From NCBI GenBank assembly GCA_965113315.1, contig OZ220365.1: a stretch of DNA of 64,000 bases; one strand, given 5' to 3'. The notes below the pieces were generated by a model, which saw only the letters and a program-made list of their open reading frames with translations, searched no databases and had not been told where the DNA came from. This document shows, piece by piece, positions 1 through 11,550 of this stretch (the stretch's first letter is position 1; each line of letters opens with the position of its first letter). Source of the DNA: Podarcis vaucheri (lineage: Eukaryota). The translations under genes and the position numbers were made by a program.

Positions 1-444
1 GTAGTATTAAAAAACTACAAAATCAGGTACTTTGAAAATGGGGAGTTCTGTTTCTATTGGTGTATAAGTGTTTTCACTAATATATATTTCTGTTACAATG
101 TTAAAAAGGAATTCTGAGTATGCAAAACTTAATCAAATAGTAACAGCTTTCTAGTGAAAATACAACTTCCCTCTAGCAACAAGTTTAAGCCTTTATTGAT
201 CAATAACAACACCTTTAATTTTTGCTGGCACCTTTACATGGGAAACACAGCAGAACATATTTCCAAGTAAACGTTCATGGGACTGCATTTTGAATTAAAA
301 CTGATTAGTGGATGGAGAGAAAAAATGATACAGTAAATCTTTCCTTCAGCTCTATAAATAGTTCTCTCCTCTCTCTAACGGTAAAATGATTTTATTTGGT
401 TCTTTTTCTGTTTTTGGTATATGTGCTCATGATTACAATTGTGA

Positions 445-640
445 GTTGGATCCAGATTTAGTCTTACTGAGAGCTGACCCATTGAAATGACGACTAACTT
501 AAGCCCCATTGAATTCAGTGTGTCTGTTCTTAGCATGGCAGTGGGTTGGATCCAACGAAGTCATACTTGGAGTAGACTCACTGAAATGGACAGAGGTGAC
601 TAACTTAAGACCATTGATTTCAGTGGGCCTATTCTGAGTG
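445..640. repeat. Two diverged tandem copies (100 bp period) of a short palindromic squamate MITE-like repeat
   Basis: GTTGGATCCA at 445 and 545, each followed by ..ccattgaaatg..actaacttaag..ccattga.ttcagtg; related fragments near 20546-20660. Confidence 0.6.
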
Positions 641-1568
641 TCTTTAATAAAACACTTCAGTGGTTGAAAACATTACATGTCACTTGTAAATTAACACTGT
701 AGGTAGGCTGCTTGAAATAAACACCTAGTTAATGACAGTGGCTACAACAATGCAGCAAGATTAGGCTTCTTAAAGCCCAGTGTTTTTAAGTGACCTTAAC
801 TGTGTAGGATAATAGCCACTGGCTAGGATCCAAGAAATCAGGCTACTAAATCTGTGCCCAACATGTCACTGGGCTTTTGGTGAGTTTTTTAAATAGCAAC
901 ACCTCTCCATGCCACATTACAAACCATTTTAAAACACCAAGGACTTTAAAAATCAGTTTGTGATATGGCATGGGGTGTCATGTAATTCTCACTGGCTATG
1001 CAGAAACCCTTGGGCTTTCTTAAATAAATACTCTGGTTGCAGGGAATATTAGTATTAGATGTGGCTTGCTTGGCTGTAGTAAAAAAATACATGTACAAGT
1101 ATACCTGTTCGTACCAAAACTGCTTAACTCCTAATCTGCAATGTAAACACTACAAAAATAAGATACTTTTACAAAAATAATAATAAGAATATAGTAACAT
1201 TTTCAATAGAAAATTGAGAGTCTAGAAGGGAGGGGGAATAACAAAATTTCTGACACTGTGACAGCAGGATCCTTTGCTGTCCACAAAACACTGAAATATA
1301 GCTTGATTCTGTCTGAATTCTTTTACAATGTTTCTTCCCAAATCATACGCCCTGCCCCCTCTATGTACAAATGCTTTTGCTGTACCTGCATTTATTATCA
1401 AACAACCCTAAAAAGATGCAGAAGGTAAGCAGTGTTGGCGTTCTGCATCAAGCTAATGTTTCTCAACAAAGGCTGCAGACCTCTCTCTTCAAGTAGGATA
1501 GCTAATTTAGAAACCCACAATCCCTTATACATTTTTATTTTTTTTTAAAAAAAAACATATTCCCTTAC

Positions 1569-1653
1569 CTCAATAGCCAGTGATTTCTGAAATATGTGAT
1601 GGTATGCTCTGGGAAACTACGAGGCTTCTCCGTCACCAAGTTTGTGGGAACAA
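1569..1653 (-). other. PLN: Probable non-coding exon 1 of phospholamban, nested antisense in CEP85L intron ~3
   Basis: Strong - strand donor AG|GTAAG (GT at 1568-1567) lies ~85 nt downstream of an inferred TSS. PLN is known to be nested antisense in this CEP85L intron in mammals, with a short non-coding exon 1. The TSS was placed from the CCAAT spacing. Confidence 0.68.
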
Positions 1654-1780
1654 CTGAAGTTGGTGGAGGGAAAAAATAACAAAAGTTTCATAGGCAGGGC
1701 TCATGATGTCATCCAGGAATTTAACTCTAGTGATTGGTTATAGAAGAGGCTTTATAAGAACAGGGACGTTGCACAGCTTA
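1654..1780 (-). promoter_or_regulatory. PLN: Probable PLN proximal promoter
   Basis: On the - strand in order: CCAAT box (AACCAATCA, core 1737-1733), M-CAT-like AATTCCT (1721-1715), CRE-like TGACATCA (1711-1704), A/T-rich TTATTTTT TATA substitute (~1679-1672). These element types are described for mammalian PLN promoters. Confidence 0.65.
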
Positions 1781-4289
1781 CATCATTTAAAGCAGTGATA
1801 TTTTGTTCTTGAGCTATAGGGAAGAGGAGTGAGTTAGAAAGGACTCTATATGTCTACAAATGTTATTGACATGTGAATTCAGTCAATAACAAGTGTACAG
1901 TTAGTACACATCACTTTCGAATGACAAAATCTCTCACTGTTTCCCAACTGGACTTACTGTTTTCGGTAACTTTCTTGTAAAGCTGTGTACAAAAACGAAA
2001 AACTGAAACACATGATTTATATTTTGCACGTGCTAATGAATATTAAGGACCACTTTTTCCAGTGATCAGGACTCTAGTAATGCTTACTGTGGATTTGATC
2101 TAAACCTATCTCTCTCATGCCACACACTGCCTTTGGAATTATGAGTTTCAAAACAGTTTGCAGTATTAAGTAGCCTCTGCTGTTCGGGGAACGGAAGGAT
2201 TCAAAATTATCTCTTGTGGTGTTCCTGGAGTAGGTCTTCGGATTGTGCCGGAAAGTAAATATGGTAGCCTATTGGTTCTGCACGTGACTTTGAAAGAGCT
2301 CAAGAAACTTCACAATGTTATGGTAAATTTATCACACTGTTGGCAAATAGTTTCCATATTTTTGTCATAACAAAATATGAAATCACTTCCTAATGCAAGT
2401 GACTCCCCCCCTCTGATGTTTGTACTGTATCAAATTAGCAATTTTAGGAGTGATGCAAGTAGCACTCCTTTTATCAGCACTGTAGAGCTTCATTATTGTT
2501 GGGGTGATAGATCTTAGAGGCTTTCAAGAAAAATACATTTTTAGTTAAAAAAAGAACTTTTGTCAGTTGGAAAGAAGGTACCATCTTGTTTTACCACATG
2601 TGATTACAAATTGGATCACTTACATATGGATAGAATACAGGCTATTGAAAGTTGCATCTTGAGTTTCATTTAACACACTTATTAAATGTGAAATTTTGAT
2701 GATTAAACATGTCGTTTATAGCGTAGAAATGAGTTTCGAAAACATGCTTTATGACTGTTGTATTATGACAGTTCTAATATTTATGGACCATTCTTCCACA
2801 ATTACTAGAAGAAATTGTATTTAAAAAATCATTTCAGTGCAGAAAAGAATATTGTGAACCTAGGAAATCCCTTCTCAAATACCAGCAGTATTCGAAACCC
2901 CCATTGTTCTAGTCGCACTTTGCGAGAGGGAATTTCATTAGTGCAATCAGTTTCTGACTTCTGGGTGCAGTACTGCGCCTAAGATTTCAGATTAAAACTG
3001 CAGAGTAGAAGGAAAGGAGGACCCTTTTTCTGCCCCCCTACTTCCAGCTACTCTCTGAAGACTGGAGAAGAGACCCTAAGAATATTAGGGGGGTGGGCAG
3101 AGGAAGGACTAGACCATGTAAAAAATGAACATAATATTTTAGCTGTAGTTCATTCATTTTCAGCTTTGTATTCTTGTTATTTAAAAAGCGTGCCTAGACA
3201 TTCCTTTGTTGCACCCATAACCTAGGTTTAATGTGCCATTTAGCTCCTAGCTTTCATATCCTTTCACAGCCCTTTTCATGTTCCTCCTTTCTCAGTCTCT
3301 TAGATGTCCCCTTTCCTCAGACCCTTGTTTTATCACCTACTGTTGCCCTGCTTCTTTGATTATGAGCTAACTTGCCCTCCTTCCTTACTGTTTCCTGTGG
3401 CTTCTTTGTCCTCTGCTTCCTGGGCTTGAAAAAAAATGTTTTGTTTCCTATAGAATTGGAATGTTTGTGAACATTCCTTGACAGCACATCTGCATATCCA
3501 ATCTTTGTCAGAAGCTTTGTCACCAGCTTATCTAATTTTATAGTTTATCTAGACACAGTTTCTTAAGTGCCATGCAAATAAAAGTGATCCATCCCTGTAT
3601 TTGATACTTGTAAGTTTTACATATCTTTGTGAATATGCTCACATGTCCTCTGAAGAGAGGGGAAACAGTTTGAAGCACCTTCTGGACATATGTCAGTCAT
3701 GCACAGATAAAATAATACACCTTATTTAATTTCTAGGTTACATGAGAGGGACCTGAAAATAATTGATGTCTTGGAATACTGGCACATATAAAAAGCAAAG
3801 CATGTATTTAAGCTTTGAGTTGACTTTCATTTTCTTCAGGGGACAAAAATGTGCAGCTGCTGCTTACATGGCCTTAAATGGAAATGATCTGGGTTTTCTC
3901 CAGAGGGATTAGGAACCTACGACCAGAGCATGTTTCTCTTTGCTTGTTTATAGAGATGTGGTAAGAAAATATATATTTGGGGGTCACATCTAAGGAGAGA
4001 AACATTTTATACTTTGTTCTAGCAACATATTTGCTTTTTAAAAAATGTATACCTTGGAAATAATTCTGACATCTTATATACTTATTTCTAAGTATATCTT
4101 TATTTGTACTGTAAAAAGATATGACTATGAGTTGAAAGGTCATGAGCAACCATGGCTATGACAGTGCACTAGCATGGTGCACTTGGTTTGCCACTGCATG
4201 CCTAAGAGCTGCCTTTCTAACCAGGCTGCCAAAAACATTTTAAGCCATGGTTGAGGCATAATGCTGCTCCAAACCTATGTGCTTGTGGA

Positions 4290-4460
4290 AGGGGTCATAT
4301 ATCATTAAGCAGAGCAGAAGCTTTGAATGGAGAATGTCCTGGTTCAAATTGCTGGCCTCTCCAGTTAAAGAATCTCTAGTAATGTGTCTTGAAAAGGTCT
4401 TCTTTCTGAGAGACTACGGACAGTGCTGAGATACAAGGACCAATGGACTGAACCCAGTCT
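4290..4460 (+). mobile_element. Degenerate tRNA-derived SINE (Squam3-like)
   Basis: Decayed B-box region (gtcctggttcaaat..ggcctctccagtt) and tail (gacagtgctgag..ggaccaatggactga). Confidence 0.5.
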
Positions 4461-6911
4461 TGTATTTAATCACTAGCCTGGTAGCCTTGGGCAAGAAAGG
4501 ATTGCTAGCAGGCATGCTAATGGAATTCCACACAGGAAGTGGGTGGACAAGCATTCCTCTTCTGCCAGTCCCCAGCAGGCTTGTGTTATGTTATGTTGTG
4601 TTGTACTGTAAACTTTTGTGGACTTACAAGGCTGGGCTGAACCAATATGAGACAGTTTAATATATTCATAAATGCATTTTTTGTGGGATTACATCTCATA
4701 AACAGCACAGTAAGGAGGACATGGCCTACATGCCTGTAATGAAGAAAACATTCAAGTCATACCATGGAAATGGCCAATGTCATGTATGCACACAAACTAA
4801 ATATCTGACCCAAAGCTCTATATTGTTGCGATATTCTGTAGAACCAATTATAAAGCCAGTTTGCTTTTTGGGAGGGATGGTTTTATTTTGTTTGATTTTG
4901 AGGCATTTTTTTTAGACTTGCCCTCTTGTTGGGACCCATGTCTTATTTGAAGTTGTTTTTCTTATTAAAAACAATTTATTGCTTTAGAAAAAGGAAACTA
5001 TTCACTGGGAACAAAACCAGAAAGTTTGCTTAACTAATAACAAATAAGACCAAATTTAGAATGTTAACATAGAGCATGAGAATGCTATTAATTCAGTTCT
5101 GAGAGTTCCTTCTCTTCTGCACCCTGGATTGGTCTCAAGGGAGTTGAATGATGATGTAGTGGACACCACATTTCTTACCTCTGCACGAAACAAAAAAAAG
5201 ATTTGCAGAGTTGGGAATAGACATTAAAGACTGGTTGCAATGGCAGTATTTTTTTCAACCATAATGATATTGGGAATTGCTTTTGATTGTACCCTGTTTT
5301 TTGTCCGCATGAATGAACTTGAGGGTTTCAGAGCTGAAATGTATTCTGGAAGTGGTCCTAAGAATTTGTAAACACTAGTACTTGCATTTAATAAGTCAAA
5401 ACGAAAACAAGTATTTGTATTGTTCTTATGAATGAAAATTAGTTTTAATATCATATAGAAAACCCTAAAATATTTTAAGCCCTCAGAATCACCATCAATA
5501 TCTCTACCCCCCCCCCGGCCTTCCTCTTGGAATAGTAGAACCTTTACAACAGCAGAGAATATCTGGATTGTCATTAACATTAATGGTCAGTGTTTATACT
5601 CCCCCCCCCCCCCTTGGTCATGCACTGTTAACACCTATAGTCATGAACATGTCAATCAGGCATGTTAAGGGCAAGAAACTATTTCTTTGGCATTTTGACC
5701 TGTTTGGAAGGTTTATAGAAACAAAGCTAAAAACTAGGTTGTTAGGTTGGACCATACAGTGTGAATTCATATTAATTTTCCCCACCATGTAACATGTTAC
5801 TTTAGAAAACATTACTTATTTGGCATAAACAGCAGCAGCAGCTCTTGTGTTAAGAGTCTTGTAACTTTGGAGCTGTACTGAGTGTTTTTCTGATAAACTG
5901 TTCCAAGAAGCACCAAGATTAGCTGTGTTCTTTGACATGTTATGAGTGCTGGATGAACGCAGAGGCAAAGGCATATGAAGGAGAGATAAAAGGCTGAAAT
6001 GCCAGTTGAGGTACTGTTCCAGTAAGCAAGAATTCTGGTACTGGATTATCTCTACTTTAGCAGCAATTACAGACTAGAGGCCAAAGATTACATTTGTCAC
6101 TCAAGCTGTTAAGATTTTCAGCGGTGGTTTACATTTTTACAAGGAGAGCATTCTGGCTCTGTACAAAGTATAATGAAGTAGAATTTACTTTAACTATCTA
6201 GAAAAGTGCCTTTCAAGGTTTAAACAGCAATGGTCTGGATCTCCCCATTAAAAGTACAGTTCACTCTTTCCACTGGTTTGCCTAGTCTTGGGTCAGGAGA
6301 AAGAGGGAAATTAATGAAAGCCTATGACTACAAAAATAACTTGTGAGGGTATTGTAGTGCTCAGCTGCTGCTGAGTGGGAGGGCAAGCGACTAGAAAACA
6401 GACTTCATTTCCTTACAGATGTTGTGAGGGAGTGGAGGTAAGAAGCAGCTAGAAGCTCCCAACATGAGCACAGGCTGATGATGTCTGTACTGCTAACCAG
6501 TGAAAAGAAGCATACCTCAGGGACACAGGCCCATCTACCTCTACTTAAGTTACCTCTTGGTACATTCATGGAGTCACTCTCCCTCTCATTTATTGTTCAG
6601 TGTTGGTGAATGAGTACTGTACTATAATGATATGAGTACTATAAGCCAAACTACCAATGAGCATAAATCCATGTGATCCCAGTGGAAATAATCCTGGAGA
6701 AGCAACAGCATGCATAATGATGGATTGGTTCAAATGTGTTTTCATATTATCAGCCAATTAACACAAACAGACAGGTTGTTTTAAAAACTTAAAATGTGTT
6801 TTTTCATTTGACTGTGGTAAAAGAGACGGGTGCCCAAAATTTGCCTCTTGGTTCATTCAAAGTCTAGATCTCAATCTCTCACCTTGTGGCTATGTTGGTA
6901 GTTTGAATCTT

Positions 6912-7150
6912 GGAACATAAGAAGAGCCTGCTGGTTCTGGCCAAAGGCTGATCTGGTCCAGCATCCTGTTCTCACAGTAGCCAACCAGTTAACTGGGGAA
7001 GCCCATAAACATGAATTGAGCACAAGAGCACTCTCCCCTCCTTTGATTTCCAGCAACTAGTGTTGAGAAGCATTACTTCCTCCAACTCTGGAGGCAGAGC
7101 ATGGCCATCCTCGCTAGTAGCCATTGGTAGCATTCATCTCCATGAAATCT
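6912..7150 (-). mobile_element. CR1 LINE 3' end fragment
   Basis: gaacataagaagagcctgctgg..gtccagcatcctgttctcacagt.gccaaccag..tagccattg..ctccatgaa is the reverse complement of a typical squamate CR1 3'UTR. Confidence 0.7.
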
Positions 7151-8059
7151 TGCTAGAAAAGACCTCCTTCACAAAGGATTTCCTTGGTTTAGGAGATTAG
7201 GGAATGAGTTTGAATGTTTTGCTTACAGCCAAGGCCATCACAATGTGGGCGTATGTCAAACTTTATTGTGGATTTGGACAGGTTGTTGTTTTTTAATGAC
7301 AGTTGTATATTAATTTCTAGTGCCTCATTTAATGCATATAAATAAATGTGTAGCCCTCATAAAAAGGCTGTTCAGTATCTGCAACCAAGAGGAACAAAGT
7401 CCACCAATCATGTATGGTATTCTACCTTAGTCTTGGCAAACTTACTTTTGTTGATGCCACAAAAAGGATTGTTCCAAGGATGTTTAGCTTTGTGGATCAT
7501 GTTGTATTGGTCTGCCCCATGTGGTGAGGTATGTTTAGTTTGAGACAGCTATGGCATCCCAAACTGGCTCTGAAGGAATCTTATGATAGATCCATTATTA
7601 TTATTTTGGTTAATGACCATGAATAGTTCATAGGCCACCATCAAACAAGAGAGTTTTACACAGAGAAGCAGTATGTCTACGATGCTAGCTACAGAGATGA
7701 AAATAACTGTTAAGAAGTCACAAAACTGTTAAGAGTCACAAAACGCTTGTTTACCAAGCAGGTGGTAGGAATTCTGTGCTCAAAGTCTTGTTCATTACAG
7801 TTAAATAAACCCCATAGTAATTTTCCCATCTCCTTTTAAATGCTGGGTAAAATCCAGGCCAAAGTACACAAACTATAAGCTTCACTTACTATAGTAAAAG
7901 ATCTACGTGCTTAAGTTTCTTCCATTGAAAGCAATGAAATTTCATAACTCACTTAAGAGTTTGGTTTTGGCTGGATTATGCAAATAATAGTCCCACAATG
8001 TTTTGTGGGAATTACATCCTGATCGTTTACATGGGTATACTAATGCTTGCTAGCATATA

Positions 8060-8395
8060 CAGTGGTGCCTCGCAAGACGAAAAGAATCTGTTCTGTGATT
8101 CTCTTCGTCTAGCGGTTTTTTCGTCTTGCGAAGCAAGCCCATTGACGGATTAGATCTATTAGCGCTTTTAGCGGCTTTTAGCGGCTTATCTGCTGATCGG
8201 ATCAGCTGATAAGCGTCTTAGCGACTTAGAAAAAGGGGGGGGGGAGAAAAAAACCAGCAGGAACTCGCAAGACATTTTCGTCTTGCGAAGCAAGCCCATA
8301 GGAGATTCGTTTTGCGAAGCACCTCCAAAACGGAAAACCCTTTCGTCTAGCAGGTTTTCCGTCTTGCGAGGCATTCGTTTTGCGGGGCACCACTG
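8060..8395. mobile_element. Tc1/mariner-type MITE (CAGTGGTGCC TIR family)
   Basis: TIRs cagtggtgcctcgcaagacg / cgttttgcggggcaccactg, TA duplication (8058-59, 8396-97), iterated CGTCTTGCGA motifs. Confidence 0.9.
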
Positions 8396-10034
8396 TAAGT
8401 AAGCATTAGATTGCATTTTTTATCAAACATACCTTTCTGCCATTCAGTAAGCAGCAAAATGCTAAATAAAATAAAAATCTGACAATGCAATCCTATTGCA
8501 TGTTTACTCAGAAGTAAGTCCCGTTGTGTTTAATGAGATTTAATTGTCAGGTTAATGTGCATAGAATTGCACTGTGAGTGAGTGTTTATTTTAGGCTCCC
8601 AGTTTTTTGGAGAATCTTCCTAATTTCTCTCTAAAATAACATAGATTCCTCCCTGCTTCTCTTATGACTTGGAGTAAATAAGTGATGCATATTCCAATAA
8701 ATTCTGTTTTGAGTGAAAACTATGTTGAGTAAAGTACATAATATATTCCTCCACATTTACTATAAATACCCATGCAAAGGAATTCTGGTGTTTGTGTCTT
8801 ACGCAGAATTCCTTCATGTTGGTACATCCCAGATGTCTCAGATATAAATAGTAATAAATAAATGCACACTGGAGAATCAAGTCCAGTTTTTGGAAACATC
8901 AGATTTAACTGATGCAGTTGTTATATATGGATCCGGACAGGATTCTGGGAGGCACTATGGTAAGACAGGTTTAGCAATGTGTGCTAATTTGCTTCCCATG
9001 TCATCTTTTGAGCTTCTTTGTGGCTACAAGTAGACAATTTAATGATCTTGTTCTCTGAGAGTGAATAAAATATATTCTTTTCCTTCTCCTCATTTTTGTT
9101 GCATGTTAAAAGCCTTTAGTATGCATGATTATAAGAAAAATCTATATAAACCATGGATGCCCAACCCATAGCCCTCCAACAAATCACATCATACTTAACA
9201 CAGGCCTGCTGGGGCTGGTGGAGTTGGAGTCTAGCAACACCTGGAAGTCACAGTTCACCACCTCTGATCTAGACCATAACTGCTTCTCACACATTTAAAT
9301 GAGTGCACTTTAATGAGTTCCCATCCATGTCTACAAACATGCACGCATGTAAAATGAGAAACTCTACAGGCATCCAGTTTTTAAAAACCTATGGATGACA
9401 CAGCCACTTTGGCCATTTAAGGGTCTTTGAACTAGTTACATGTTTTCTCATGCTAACTGTTACATTTTCATGGATTTTCATTCATGAGCACAACTTCTAC
9501 TCACGCAAGGCAGCCTTCGAATTCCTGTAAAGATGGTAGAGACACAGGTTTTCCTCAGATGGCCTTTATCAAGCTGCTGACTTTTAAAAGTCAAGTGTCC
9601 TATCAAGCACCCTTCATGGTGTCAAGTGGTAGAGGTTAGTTTTTTTTGGAACAGAGCCAAATCATTAAGCCCTTTCACTTACTCCCCACAATAAATTACT
9701 TGACAATTTTTCCGTTTTCTCCATGGCCTTCTTGCAATTGCAACGGTTACAGGATCTAAGAAGTTGATTGCTCTTCCAGACTGTAATAGTCACATTGGTA
9801 GCAGGTGGGTCCTCCTTCCCCTTGTGCATTTGCTCCCTACCAGTCCTGCTGCGTTCTTGAAGGAACACTTCATCTGATTGTCATAGTGCTCCACATGCCT
9901 AACCTGTAATCAAGATTGCATTATGTTTTCCTGTCTATCCAAGAAAATGCTACATTTATGTTAGACATGTGCGGGTTTTTTTGTTTTCGGGGGGATCCTT
10001 TTCATACTTTGGTTAGATAATAGAATCCTGCTCT

Positions 10035-10713
10035 CTAAGTAACTACATTTGACAGCATCTAGACTCTCCCCTTCTCTTGGAAGTGCTGGATGTCCCTCCT
10101 TCCATTGATGAGCTGAAGAATGCCATCAACTCTCAGGCATGTGGTGAAGCCCCAGGACAGGACAGAATCCCAATAAAAGGGCTGAAAGCCAGCTTCAGTT
10201 CCTCCCTCATGACACATCTCCATGGCCACATCTTGCATTGTTAGGAACAAGGATATGCACCACAAGACATGTGTGACTCCAGCATTGCAAACCTCTACAA
10301 GAACAATTGTGACCACCAGTATTGTATCAACTATCATGAAATCTCCCTGCTAAGTACTGTGGGGAAAGCTTTTGCCTGTGTAAATCTCAACAGATTACAG
10401 CTACTCACTAATAGAGTGTATTGTCACAATGTGGGTTTAGAGCTCAGAGGTCAACAGTTGACCTGATTTTCTCACTGCACTGACTGCAGGAGAAATGCTG
10501 AGCAGAGATACTCCTTGTGCACCACCTTCATAGACCTGATGAAGGCCTCATCAGCGTTGGTGACCACATGCTACCCAGAGTGGTTGGGCAACTCAGTCAG
10601 ATGGGTGGGGTACAAATAATAATAATAAAAAATAATAATTGTTGTTGTTTAGTCGTGTCCGACTCTTCGTGACCCCATGGACCAGAGCACGCCAGGCATC
10701 ATCATCATCATCA

Positions 10714-10747
<34 letters not shown>

Positions 10748-11550
10748 TTGAGGTGGTAAACCATTTTGTCAAACTGGACTCCACCAATAACAGCAACCTT
10801 TTCATCAATGCTAAGCTAGACCCAAGGGTATTGGCAAGGCAGCTATTGCAATGGCTTGCCTTTCCAAAAAGGTATAGAAGAGTGTGATGCTAACATCTAG
10901 TACCAATATCTGGTCTATCAGGCTTGTGTGTTGAGCACTCTGCTTTATGAAAGTGAATCCTGGACAATTTACAACCACTAGGAGCGACTCCTCAATGCCT
11001 TCCATATGTGCTGTGTTAGGAAGATGTTGGGCATCTCAAGGCAGCACAGAGTCAGACAAAGATGTCTTCTCCCAAGCCCATATTCCCAGCATGTTCACCC
11101 TTATGCCTTAGCAACATTTACACTGGCTTGGTCATATCCACAGAATGGAAGCTAGCAAGATCTCCAAGGACATGTTCTGCAGAGGGATGGCTTCAGGCAC
11201 TAGGCCTGTTGCCAGACCCTAGTCTGCATCACAAAGATAACTGCAAATGTGGCATGAATGCTGCTGACATCAACCCTGCCTTATGGGAATCCTCTGCAGA
11301 CTATCACAGTGCCTGGTGACAGTCAGGTTGTGTATCCACAGCAGTGACCAGAGGAATGATTACTGGGAAGAATCACCATGGTACATCTGCTGCAGCAAAA
11401 TCAGATGCCTTCATCCACCCCACCTGCAATAAAACATGTTTCTCCCATATCTCTACAGCCACAGCTAGTGCTGTAAAACTCCAGTGGTTTGACTTTACCC
11501 TCGAAAGGTGCACTCTTCCATGTCTCCTAAGACAGGTGCCAACAAGTAAC
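10035..11550 (+). mobile_element. Degenerate RTE-clade LINE, internally deleted and interrupted
   Basis: Remnant peptides PSIDELKNAINSQACGEAPG, NYHEISLLSTVGKAFACVNLNRLQLL, QCGFRAQRSTVD, FIDL.KA, LEVVNHF, YQACVLSTL, HWLGHIHRM; many stops and frameshifts. Confidence 0.82.
10571..10746. mobile_element. Composite insert: L2 3' tail (+), BovB/Squam2-type 3' end (-), (ATC)n(ATT)n
   Basis: cccagagtggttgggcaactcagtcagatgggtggggtacaaataataat, then ttgttgttgtttagtcgtgtccgactcttcgtgaccccatggaccagagcacgccagg, then trinucleotide repeats. Confidence 0.72.

Noticed and set aside
1-1568. Search for the PLN coding exon
   Set aside because: No MEKVQ..RRAST sequence on the - strand; it would lie left of the window.
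8060-8395. Regularly recurring CGTCTTGCGA motifs resembling a CRISPR-like array
   Set aside because: Eukaryotic context, irregular spacing, mixed orientation, and bounded by mariner TIRs and TA duplication.
10536-10554. CTGATGA followed by a hairpin as a second hammerhead
   Set aside because: No GAAA or NUH in the required geometry; CTGATGA itself is sequestered in the stem.
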